From Takakia lepidozioides (taxonomy: Eukaryota; Plantae; Bryophyta), in contig CM060732.1 in NCBI GenBank assembly GCA_030704615.1, forward strand, positions 77,314,001 through 77,378,000: 64,000 nt of DNA, read 5' to 3'. The notes beneath the pieces are model-generated. The model did no database searches, was not told where the DNA came from, and saw only the letters and a list, made by a program, of their open reading frames with translations. Position numbers and translations under genes: made by a program. Shown here piece by piece: positions 13,500-24,708 of the stretch; position 1 is the first letter of the stretch; the number at the start of each line of letters is the position of its first letter.

Positions 13500-15050
13500 T
13501 GTGCAGGTGGAGGCTGAATCTTTGTTTGCAAGATTGAACTCCTGTTGGTAGTGTCGTGCAAGGTTCCCTTTTCAACCCACCTGTGTGTTGGGCACTGTGC
13601 AAGAGTCAGAGAAGGCCAAAGATCTTCTGCAACACTTTGACCCAAGTGTAAGCAAAGGCCACAGGAGTCTCCAGAGCTCAACCTGTAGGTAAGTTTACTT
13701 GTTGGCAACAAGACTGGATGCTAATGATACAGACAAACATGCATGCAAGTTGACGTGGTGAGAAGTGAGAAGGGTGATGGATGGCTGCAGGATGGGCACA
13801 TAAGAGATCTGTGAATTGCATGATAAAGCAAATAAACACCCAGGTTATCGGCCTCCAGTGAGAAATAATTCCATAACATAAGTTGGCGGTCCATGGAGTT
13901 GACATGCGAGCTCCTATTCAGTCTCAATATATCTTTCCTATAGCAGAGTTGCCAGCAATGAAGACCTTCACATGAAGAAGGCCCATGATGGATGAAAGAA
14001 ACCATGCCCCACCCTTTGCTCCCCATTGACTGAGCAGCCAACTTGTCTTCCATCCCACAACGGGCACACCGGAATTTTTACAAATCAGTTGGTATTGTAT
14101 GATGTCCTTCTGGAACTTGAGTTGGCCAACTGTTCCGTAAAGAAGGCAAGACCCTGCTAACAGGATCCAATAATGGCATCATCCAGTAAGGTTTTGCAAA
14201 GGAGATTTAAAGCAACCTTGACTCCCTAGGGTAACAGAGAGTTCATGTGGCTTTTGTGGCTTCTGCTCTGTGTACTTTGTTCCCTACATGATCAGGTTGG
14301 AACATACTTGCAATTCATGGAATGGATCCAGTATGGTGTACCTATGAACAACAGATTTTCCAATAAGCTTACATCCAGATTATCCAAGTCCAAGAAAGAC
14401 CCATCAATCTCTTCTATCCAAAACAGCCATAAGCTCCTGTACAAAACCTCTCCAGTTGAAGACAGTGATCTTTGCTTGTCTTAATACAAGCAGGGCGGAC
14501 CGTCAGTTCCAGATTTTGCAACCCCTTGTAACCCACCTGTCTCTGCATCTCAAAACATAAAACTTTCTCAACGATTTGATGCACAGAAGGAGATTCCTCT
14601 CGAACACTCCTCACCAACACATCCAAAGGCAGAGTTGAGAGATGCATAGGCAACTCCTGAAAAATGTGAACTCCCGCCGCCCATTTGTTAGTGACACGCA
14701 CCTAACCACTGGTGACCTGATCCCACACACTTCTGACAGTTCCCAATGAATTGCCAAAGGTCGACAGACCCCACAATGGAAAGAAATCACATGCCATAGC
14801 CCAGTATGTTTGAAGCTTTTTCCTTCTCTAATTTACCCAACAGTCATCTTCCATCCTCCGATTAGGTATTGGAGGAGGGGTATGTTCTTGATATTTTTTG
14901 AGATTTTAGTCCTGGAATGCTTTTTGAGCGAAGGACATGAGGTGTAGGAGTGAAAATGTGTGTGCGAGGAGTTTATTTTAGCCTCACCGAAAAAGCTATC
15001 CACATGGGATGATGAGCAACTTCCTTGAAATGGGATTGGCGGTCTGCAAA
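13500..15050 (-). mobile_element. Possible highly degenerate LINE (C-terminal RT region) remnant
   Basis: Frameshifted minus-strand fragments resembling RT C-terminal motifs (..AKINSSHT.., LEKEK-SFK-YLG-like, ..ELTVRPA..) and a CPL(C)G..ED-like motif near 14050. Weak. Confidence 0.35.
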
Positions 15051-15452
15051 TTCGCCCTGTGCGGTAGTTTACCACACTGTCAGGTGGACCGGTAATAGCG
15101 TGTCGTAAGGCGGCAGAGAAACTCCCCCATCTCTTTCACCAACAAACAACAAACAACAAACGTCAAGAGTTTTTGAAGGACCTTGAAGACTGAACACCTG
15201 CAGAGACTCAAAATTGGATCGCACTTTCTTGCACGTCTCCCTAGTGACGATCATTTCGAAGTCTTCTAGTTCGAGAGGGTTTCGCAGTCCTTGGCTGTGT
15301 CTTGCAGGAATAATTTCTCGTCTCTTCTTAAGGGATCTGCAGAGTTCTTTTGTACTTGGGGTCGCTGTGTTGAAGAAATTGGTAGCTAGTATCTGTCGAT
15401 TCAGATCGTTGTTCGAGTTTGTTTGCAATCTTTGGATTATAGTAGGATTTGA

Positions 15453-17308
15453 ATGATGCAGACAGAGAGGATGCAAGCGCATGTAGTAACAGCTGTAGGA
15501 CCGAGTTCCCACAGCAGGGGACAACAGCATGGTGGGCCTTGTTGCTCATCGCAGGAGCCTTCTTCCTCGTTATCCATGCCAAGGTTTTCTCGTACGAAGG
15601 TAAGCATCTTCAATCTGCCGCATGGATGTCAGCACGTGAATTAGCATTGAGGAGGCAGATAATTCGCAGAGTCTGGCGGCCAGGTTTGAGTTAGGTCGGT
15701 ATGCGTCGTGGGGGGGGTGAAAAAAGAAACTCATCGCCCATCTATTGGTACTTCAACTTTGGGAATGATAAGAGGGTAAAGTGGTTAGCCATCCAAGGCA
15801 AGGAAGAATGAAGATTGAATATACAGAGTAAAGACTACAACAAAATTGGGAAGGCAAACTAGACAATGAAGAAACAAACAAGGAGGATTGGAAGGAGATG
15901 TTGGCAGGGGAACGAGAACCCGATTTCCACTATTTTGGTCTATCTTAGGGTCTGAGGTGAAAACGCCCCCCACTCATACACAGGCACTGCTTCTTGGGAT
16001 GGTTGAGCAGGGCCAAAAATTTAGCGTGGGAACGGTGGCGTCATGGAGGTCAGAAATGTTGGGGAAGATTACTCTGCACTTCAGTGGCCATGTGGCTCTG
16101 CCTGTACAAACCCGCAAACATAGAGGTATCCAGTGCTGTAGAGCACTACTTCCTCTTCACCTATGTATGGGCTTCTCCATGACTTCCACACCAGTCAAGA
16201 CCATTTGAATTTGAGTGTAAGTTGTTTGAGAACTTGCTTGATTGTCAAAGCAATAGTTTGCTCGGATTTCTGCTTCTTCTTCTAAGCCTTGCAAGTCATT
16301 TCCTTAGGATTTTCCTGAGGCGCAAAATAATACAGACAGAAATGCTCTGATCAAAGCTATGTCCAAAATTTTACTTTGTTTGGAGAAATAGGAAAGTTGC
16401 ATCTGGTCAAATGTTTTCTTTTTCATATGTGTAGGTGCTTGTTAGTGTGGAGTGGTAGAGCTGTATGCTAGTAATGATAATGGCTCCTGCCCACTGGCAT
16501 TGGCCTCAGCCACCCTTCTGCATTCCCACATGCCAGACTGCTGTGTGAAGCTTTGTGCTGTCAATAGGACCCCAAGATGTGAAATGAAGAGTCGAAAATG
16601 TAGGACATCCCCCGCTTTCCATCAGCTTCAGAAGTTATAGACCAGAGTTTCAACTGTATGACTAATTCCATTCTGTCTAAATTGAGTTTGTTGTCAAGCC
16701 GGCCATGTCCAGGAGAGGAACTGTCAAGGGTATTATGATCATCGAGATTGTATCTGTTGGGGACAATGTACATGGTGAAAGACTGAAAATGGGCATGGTG
16801 ACCATGGCTATTGTGTCGAAATGGGACTTAACATTCTACATGCTTGTTTGTGTATGTCATGCAGCACTGGAAGCAGTTGCTGCCCCACAAGCAGAAACGG
16901 AGAGCTTGGAATTAACTGAGAAGAATGTGGAGAAGATTCTAGATGAAGTCCGTCCATACCTCATGTCTGATGGGGGCAATGTGGCGCTTCATGAGATAGA
17001 TGGCTTAGTGGTGAAGCTAAAATTACAAGGGGCGTGTGGGTCATGCCCTAGCTCCATGACGACCATGAAGATGGGGATTGAGCGGCGTTTAATTGAGAAG
17101 ATTCCTGAAATCATTGGCGTGGAGCAAGTCATGGATGAAGAGACCGGCCTTGCTCTTAATGAAGAGAATGTTGATGCGGTATGTACCGGAAGTAAAAGCA
17201 AGTTGAGCTGTTGGTCTTGTTTTGGGCTGCTTGTTGGGGGGCCCACTTTCTTTCTTGTGTCCTGCTTTAACATTAGCTCTTTGAGCTTCCCACGGACATT
17301 ATAAGGTT

Positions 17309-17340
<32 letters not shown>

Positions 17341-17905
17341 TCCTTGTGTGCAGTGAGCTTAGAGGCACAGGCATAGTAGTGACAGAGGGATTAAGGAAGA
17401 AAAGAAAGGGGAGGAGAGGAGGCAAAAGTAAGTTATTTGTCGCGTTTCTCAGGGTGAGTTTTTGGGTCTAGCAGGGTGTATGAGAGACTCGTCCCAAATT
17501 GTCATAATGCTTGCACACAGCCAACAACAATCTGGTCTCATCCAGTGTTTGATGTATGAACTAGCAGTACCATGCTAAACACAATCTCATATGTGACTTA
17601 ACTGTACACTGCTAGTCCCACGACATACCGAGGCAGACAGCTTTGTGAAATTCTGATTGACATACATTTACCTGGTCAAGATTGAGAACTAACTAAAGAT
17701 TGTGGTTTGCGTACAGGTGCTTGCAGAAATTAGACCATACTTAGTTGGCACAGGTGGAGGCGAATTGAGTCTAGTTAAGATTGATGGGCCTGTGGTCAAG
17801 GTTAGGCTTGGAGGGCCAGCAGCTTCAGTCATGACAGTGCGTGTGGCAGTGACTCAAAAATTGCGTGAAAAAATTCCCATGATCGCAGCAGTCCAGTTGC
17901 TGTAG
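15453..17905 (+). CDS. Plastid NifU-like Fe-S cluster scaffold/transfer protein (NFU2/NFU3-like), 4 exons
   Basis: Exons ~15453-15599, 15984-16125, 16865-17178, 17717-17905 with compatible phases. [15 protein letters not shown]...[11 protein letters not shown] (CxxC), second degenerate NifU domain [11 protein letters not shown]...[10 protein letters not shown]; S/R-rich N-terminus resembles a transit peptide. The first two exons are less certain. Confidence 0.9.
17307..17342. repeat. (TTTC)n microsatellite in NFU intron
   Basis: Direct reading. Confidence 0.9.
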
Positions 17906-18949
17906 ATCTCTTATGTACACAAGGGTGTGTGGTCTAGGGAAGTTAGCTAGTTTCCAGCTATTGACCTTGCTGGCAAAACACCTTACCAAATTCTGATGCT
18001 GTATTCTGCAGGTTCCCTTTTCCCAGCTGACTTCACCCCAAATTTATGTCTGGTACTTCTGGTGTATCAGATGAGCTTTAAAAAGCCTGCTTACCTTAGC
18101 TATGTCTCTGCTGGGAGTGGGGTGTGAAGCCATGTGTAATTTATGATGGCCCTTGGAGTATTTGGTCGTGGATTAATGCAAATTGAGAGTTGTGGTTGAT
18201 ATCGGTGTAGAACACATTCATGTACATGCACACGTTGTGCAGTAAAAACTTTTCATCTGTAAGGTTCATCCAGGTATGGTGACCGAATAGTAATTGAATA
18301 TGGTCAGAATGTCTAAGATTGATAGCTGATGTAAGTCAACTAGGTGATACTCTTTATTTTTGGAGCTACTTCTCCTGTTGGCCAACACTAGCAAGCACCA
18401 TGAGCACACTACAGCACATTTTTCGTTTGTGTCTGTTATGATATATTTAATCTGTTATTTGCCCTCAGCAACCTCCTTTTTACCTCTAAACTGTGGGGAC
18501 AGCACAGATGCTTACCATTCCAAGACAACTCATCAGCATTGCTGGCATTCATGTTTGAAATTGCTACAACATCAGATTTGTGTAAAAACATGTGACAAAT
18601 CATTCTGACATTTCACTCTACACTGATTTTGTACTCACAAGCTGTGTCTATATGGACTGTCTCAAAGTCTCATCTCACCTTGACTGGCAATAAGGTCCTG
18701 TTCCCCAAGTACCTCTGACAGCCAAAAGGTAAACATGACCTGAAATGTGACAATGACCATGTAAGAGAATGTCCTCTTAAGACATTGTTTGCCGTAGCCT
18801 TGTGGCCATTGACCCCGCCCCCTGTTTGTGCGGAACACGAAGGGACAGAAAATACCTTTGTCAAGAGCTGACGGTGGTAGTATAACTTACCATGGAACAG
18901 ACAATTGATCGAGTTTTCCAGATATCCTCTAGAAATCCCTTTACACAAC

Positions 18950-19400
18950 ATCAATCTGCTGTGTGTGGTTTGCCCAATAACTAGGCCCCAAAAGGGCCTG
19001 GGCTTTTGGCTCAGCCTCGAGACTTTGGAAGTTGGTAAAGAGAGGTACAGGAACAAATCCCTTGAGGATTTGAAGAGGGCATCTCTCTAGTGAGAGTACC
19101 CAGGGCAATGAATCAGAAAGTGGATATTGTCTTCAGATTGCCCACACAACGGGCATTTGGCATTACCCCTTTCCTCTCTGCATCTGTTTGCTGTTCGAAG
19201 GTAGGCTTCCCGCCCTGAGTTCAAATTTCAGGCCACTGCCGAGAGTGGGTAAACCCTTGAGGTCATCCACGATGGCCTCACCCATGCCACAGACTGGAAA
19301 CAAGTTCAGGGATGTTTTCTGCCTAACTTCATTAATGAAGAGGTAAGAGAAATGGCTAGGAAGGAACAAGTGCATTCCAGTTCCACATATCAGGAGCCTG
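18950..19400 (-). mobile_element. LINE 3' remnant (C-terminal Cys/His zinc-finger region)
   Basis: Minus strand reads ..FELRAGSLP.. then NAKCPLCGQSEDNIHFLIHCPGYSH*R, the CxxC..ED..HFL..C..Y...R signature of non-LTR ORF2 C-termini. Confidence 0.6.
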
Positions 19401-19471
19401 TTCAAAACATGCCACAAATAGCTCGATTCTTGATCAACTGAGTAAGGTTCCATATTTCAGCAGTCGAGTTA

Positions 19472-22400
19472 TCAATATGGACCTCGTCTGTCTTTGGGGC
19501 GATTGGCTCTTCGTAGTACGAGCCCACTGGAGACCCAAGCCTGACTTCTTTCTGCTGTACTGTCATTCTGTATCCAGCTGCAAAGCCGTCCATCTTCACC
19601 TCCTGACCAACAGAATAATTCTCCCCAAGCTCCTGGGCTTGCTCCAACATCGTGGGGGGACCAAACAGACCTCACCACACTCATGTGACCTCCTTGGAGA
19701 ACTGCACTAGCAGGCCCCACTGCACCGACACTTGTGTTGGCATTGGCCTGAGCAGAAACATAGTTGACAGGAAAGTAGCCCACTGAGCCCTCCTGAGTGC
19801 CCGCTACCAGCCATAGGCTGTCAGCACGTGCCGCATAATGACAGTGTATTAAATAATCCACCTGCCCCACATTCAGAAGTGAGTCCTCATATCTCCAAAG
19901 CATGACCAGTCCTCTGTAGGCTGTGTCTACCACATTACAACAAAGCTATGCCAATTTCGAAGAGTATCAATGGAGAGAGTGTAGGAGCAGTTGCTGACAG
20001 GAGGAAGGGGCCAATTGCATGAAGCTTTAGCACGCGTATCACCAAAGTTGGCTTCTAGAGTTGACTCCTCAAAGTTCCAAACGCTGTTTCACACAATCTC
20101 AACACTTTACATTAGTAACCACTACCCAGATGGCCTATGTGTTATGTTCACAAAAGGACATCTAAGTGAGCAAACCCACAAATCTTCACTTTTGACAGAC
20201 CATACCACAGGCACCCCACAATCAGCTATTCCTGTAGGGCTGTAGACCTGGTGTGTAAAGCTGCTGCGCTTGAAGTAGCAGAACCATGACCAAATCAGCA
20301 TCAAAGTGCACATAACTTCGATGGGATCAAACACCAATCCATACTTCAAAGAAGAACCGAGTTAGACTGACGGGAACAGAGTATATAATCTATTGCAAGA
20401 GGTCATACCCACCTTAGAGTCTCAATGTGTGTTAGGCACCAAAGTTTTTCATAGCTCCTTCCAAAGAAGCCCACCCTTGCCACAGAAGTTCCCACGCCCA
20501 TTACCTGCACCCAAACACAACAACAGCTGACTTACAAAATAGACACTCTAAAATTCTGCACCCCAGGGTAGAAGCAGATCGCTGGAGGATACATGGAGCT
20601 CTAAATTTGAGAGAAAGTGTCAGTCGAGCTCTGGGAGGAGAAGAAATGACTGCCTGACCCTGGTATAACTACTAAATCAGCTTTTTAAATTGAGCCCTTC
20701 TGTATTTACCATGTGACGTCAAAGTAATAAGACAAAGTTAGCGTAAGGTGAAGTTAGAGTTGCAAACAGGAGAGAGAGCCAGTATTAAACAGCAAACAAG
20801 ACATGAAAACATCCAAGAAAACTCGGTCAATAAAAAAAATCAGAGAGGAATGGAACACACAGCCTCCAAGCCTTCATCATCGTCGATGGTGCCTTTGGTA
20901 TCAAAGATGCACATGAGCCCATCTACTGAGGATGATACCAGCTTCTCCCTCTTTGTTGGATGAAATCGGACCTATCACATAGAATAAAATTAGTCATTTA
21001 TTGGAGACAATGACTGGGGGTGCATTATGACCACAATCCAGATCATTAGTCTCACCCTAAGTTCATGCAACTGACCTGCATAGGTTACACCATAGCCAGC
21101 ACATGGTATAACCACTCAGCAGGCATGAAGCAAGTGATGACCACCCACATATTACTCACTAGACTGTTGGGACATAGTCTCAAACCTGAGTGACAGGTTC
21201 GGTATGACACTCTTCCAAGCAGGCCATTTGGTGCCTTGTCCTCCAATCCCAGAATAGCACCTGGCCACAAGGAGTCACAGCTGACACTTACACGCACGTA
21301 GGGAGATGTACAACCAGTGAGCCTCTAATGGAGGTTCATGTGCAACATACAAATGGGTAATCAAGTCTGTAAAAGAGTATACAGAGGGGATGCACAAAAC
21401 ATTAGTCAATTCCCAGACAACCTTACCTGGGCATTACACCCGGCAGCCACCAAGTTGCCTGTGGATCCGCCCACACTGAAACTCCATAATTCTTGAGATG
21501 GTGGTGCCCTCAACAATGCCACCTATTCCCAATGTGGGCAGTCGTTAAGAAACAAACCCCCAGTTGAAGCATTGACAGTTGAGAAGAACTGCCTTGCAGG
21601 TGTATTTGGTTGGATATGGTGAACGTGTGCAGGTGTGCAGAAAGGTAACTCTTTATTCCAGATTCAAATTGAACTAGCAGCTCCCTGTGTAATGACACAT
21701 ACCTGTTTCCTTTCCCGGGTGTCCCATGCCCTTATTGTGCCATCAGCAGACGAAGAACACAAGAAGTGGGGAGATGTTGCGTCCGGATAGACAATATCAC
21801 TGATTGTGTTGGTATGTCCCACACAGTCCCCCAGAAACTGCACTGTATATGGGGCGTACAATTTGATTGCATTTGTTGACAGTGACACCGCCATTTCAGA
21901 GTTGTCTCCACTGCACCAGCGTTTACAGCATGAGTTAAGTTAGCATGTGGACATCAACTGATGTGAAGGAAGTTGAGCCAAGTTGAAAATATATTCTTGG
22001 GTTTTCTCGGATGAAGTTGCATCAAACGCAAAATTTTCTATGCATGTGGTCTAACAAAAGGGAGATAAATCTTCCACTTCAGTTTTTGTTACCTATCAAC
22101 TGTAGACATTCCAGACCTCGCTGGATAAGAAGATAGCAAATTTCTTATCCCATTTCAAATTCAAGACGGCTACCTCACTAAAACCCTAAACCTCAGCACC
22201 TTCACTATTCTGTGGAAATTTGAACCACGTAGCGAGCCTTGTCCTGTGCAAAACGAAAATTGAAAGAGAAGAGGCTTATTGCTTGTCCCTCTCCAGCAGA
22301 TGGGCCGCAACCGCGTCTGCTCATGCAAAGCCTGGTTGCATTATGCAAATTCTAAAGTTCCTGGAGGAAAAACTCCAATGTTTTCCTGACTTACTTGGCA

Positions 22401-22489
22401 GAGATGTCGAAGACATAGTCAGGGTCATCAGGAACTCCAAAACTTGCTTGAATGCTGGTACTCAACCTGCACTTCGTAGTGACTGCCAT
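19472..22489 (-). CDS. WD40-repeat protein, WDR89/GTS1-like, ~8 exons
   Basis: Exons encode SIQASFG..DYVFDI, MAVSLSTNAIKLY..GHTNTISDI..SSSADGTIRAWD, QELWSFSVGG, VLFWDWR..MACLEECHTEPVTQ, VRFHP..LVSSSVDGLMCIFD, VGFFG..LWCLTHIETL, VDYLIHCHY..GGHMSVVRSVW..WSGGEDGRLCSW; GT-AG junctions. Confidence 0.9.
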
Positions 22490-22861
22490 TGACAGGGTGA
22501 TGATCCACCAAAGAAAACAAAAAGACCCATTACAAAACTGCATCACCCGTCTCCTCCGCTGCCTCCAATTTCATCGCCATCCCTGCAATCTACTGACGAC
22601 TTCAAAACGGAGTGCATTTTAGTGTGAGAAGACTCGTACATTCACACGCGTGACCCCTCGGGACCGGATTCCGGCAGCCTGGGCTCCTCCGGCGGGGCCC
22701 TGTCAAATCCTCCCCATCCCTCTTACCTCAATTTTCGTTGTGCACAGGACAAGGCTCGAAGTCTTTTCCCTGAAGTTTACAAGGTACCTACTTTGGAGGG
22801 TTTATGGCTGTGGCTTGGTCAAAACCGTGGTTGCTCAGCTACTCCCCGGTGGTTTTCACAG

Positions 22862-23912
22862 ACCAATTCAAAGTCTTCAGATTACCGACATAAGAAGTGC
22901 AGACAAGAGGTCCTGTGGGTTGAGGGTTGGTACAATCCTCCTTGTGGGGAAGAAAATCTAAGTGGCATGGCACAAGGTCGACAACAGTGTAGTGATGGTG
23001 GAAAATTGTCGGAGTGTGGTCCTAATTCTGGTGTGGATGGCGGAGCTCCTTCTAAGCTTGAAGATGAAAGTGAGAATGGCTCACATTGGTAATGCAGCAC
23101 CTGTAAGTTAGGATGTTTGTATGCTCCTCGTTGTGTTATATCCAAGTGACTTGCATGAATGTTGTTGAAAGCTACACTAGCTCTCCTCCATAAAGGAACC
23201 TGTCACGGTATTGATGCTCTTGGGGTTCGTGGCATGAAAGGTCAATCATGGAGGGTGGATCAGCTCCGGCATGAATTCCTTAAAGACCCTTCACAATGTT
23301 GGGACAACCGTGATGGCAAGGTGCGGCTGTCTTCATGCATGATGTGACGATGTTTGTCTCTTCCGCAAAAATGGCTCTTGAAGCCAGTATTATAGTTTGT
23401 TTTGCCAAGGATGCCAGGCAAATGCATTGCCCAAGGCTTTTTTCCTGGTGTTAGCAAGGTTCTTGGGAGGGTCAGCTTGGTCTTAGGAGACTGTGTTTAA
23501 AATTTTGGCTGCTGAGCTGCACCTTGGTGGTTTCGCAGACCAATCCAAGATCACCGGACTCCAGACATAAGCAGTGCACACAAGAGGTCATTTGGATTGA
23601 GGGTTGGTTGAATCCTCCTTGGGGGAAAGAAAAGCTATTTGTGTTCATGACACAAGGGCAACGACAATGTGGTGAGGGCACCTTCTTGTTCCACACATTC
23701 TGTCCTTAATTTTTCATGTTAATTGTTGTAAGTAAGCTTGTTGTGTGGATCTATGGTGGTGTGGATCTATGGTGGCTCCAAGTGTTTTTTACTCGTCACA
23801 ACCAACTGCTTAACAGGTAATTATCTGAAAACCAAAAACAAAGTCGAGGAGAAGCTTTGGAAGGAATATTTTTCAAAACCCCAATCAATGGTGGGACAGT
23901 CCAGGCAGAAAG
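22862..23912 (+). other. Degenerate upstream exons of the PPR-DYW gene encoding PDF-like (OSB-type) motifs
   Basis: Exon-like blocks ~22862-23088, 23196-23320 (QLRHEFLKDPSQCWDNRDGK|GT), 23538-23671 (AG|TNPRSPDSRHKQCTQEVIWIEGWLNPPW), 23817-23912 (EKLWKEYFS..NQWWDSPGRK|GT) joining 24728 (AG|VHLKGPGFKHKT). A +1 frameshift is needed at ~23875. Confidence 0.65.
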
Positions 23913-23978
23913 GTGAAAATGAGAGACAGTGAACAGCTTTCTTGCAAATTGATATGCTCCCTCTCCTCAATATGCTTC

Positions 23979-24579
23979 CAGTGGTGGGTAGGTATATAGG
24001 TCAGGTTATACCTGCCGGGCTTGGGCATGGGGCCCGGGTATAGAAAATATTTAAAATTCTACATGCCTGATGGACATCAATAATGCACAAGCTGATAACC
24101 GGGGGGGGTAGAACTTGGATATTGCACAACAACATAAAAAAATATCAATACAAAATTTCCGTCCCGGCCATATGTCAAAAAAATTATTGCATAGAAACAT
24201 TATATGTGTAGGAAAGATGAAGGCTGAACTGTTGTGTAGCACATATGAGCTTTGAAATGCACAAATTACAAGTTTCCCGAACAGAATAAGTCAGTAGAGG
24301 CCAACTTTAATGTTGGCTATTCTATGTTGAGCATCCCTGCACTGGGAATTAGGTACGCAGTATGAATAGGTTGAGCCTAACCTGGATTGATGACCAGGTG
24401 AAGAACCCTAACACCATCCCAAACCAGGGTATTTCTCGGCTAAATCTGCCTATGCCGGGCTTTGGGCCGGGCTTGGAAAGGCAGTACCTGCCTGTGCTGG
24501 TCTTTTGCCAGGTATCATGGTTCTTAAAGCCCGTCGGGCAGGTCCTTTAATACCCAGGTTGATGCCCGCCCAGCACTGG
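23979..24579. mobile_element. Degenerate MITE-like insertion (hAT-like CAGTG...CACTG ends) in intron
   Basis: CCAGTGGTGGG at 23978 vs CCCAGCACTGG at ~24569-24579; subterminal GCCGGGC/GCCCG repeats at both ends; no clean 8-bp TSD. Confidence 0.45.
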
Positions 24580-24708
24580 TCTTGTCCACAATTCCGTACT
24601 GTGGTAAGTGTTTGCTAGAAATATAAGATTGTCATCATCACTGCTGATGGCAATGTGGAGGATTTACGTGCTATTGTTGGTGAGGCAGGATAGCTGAAGG
24701 AAGTTATT

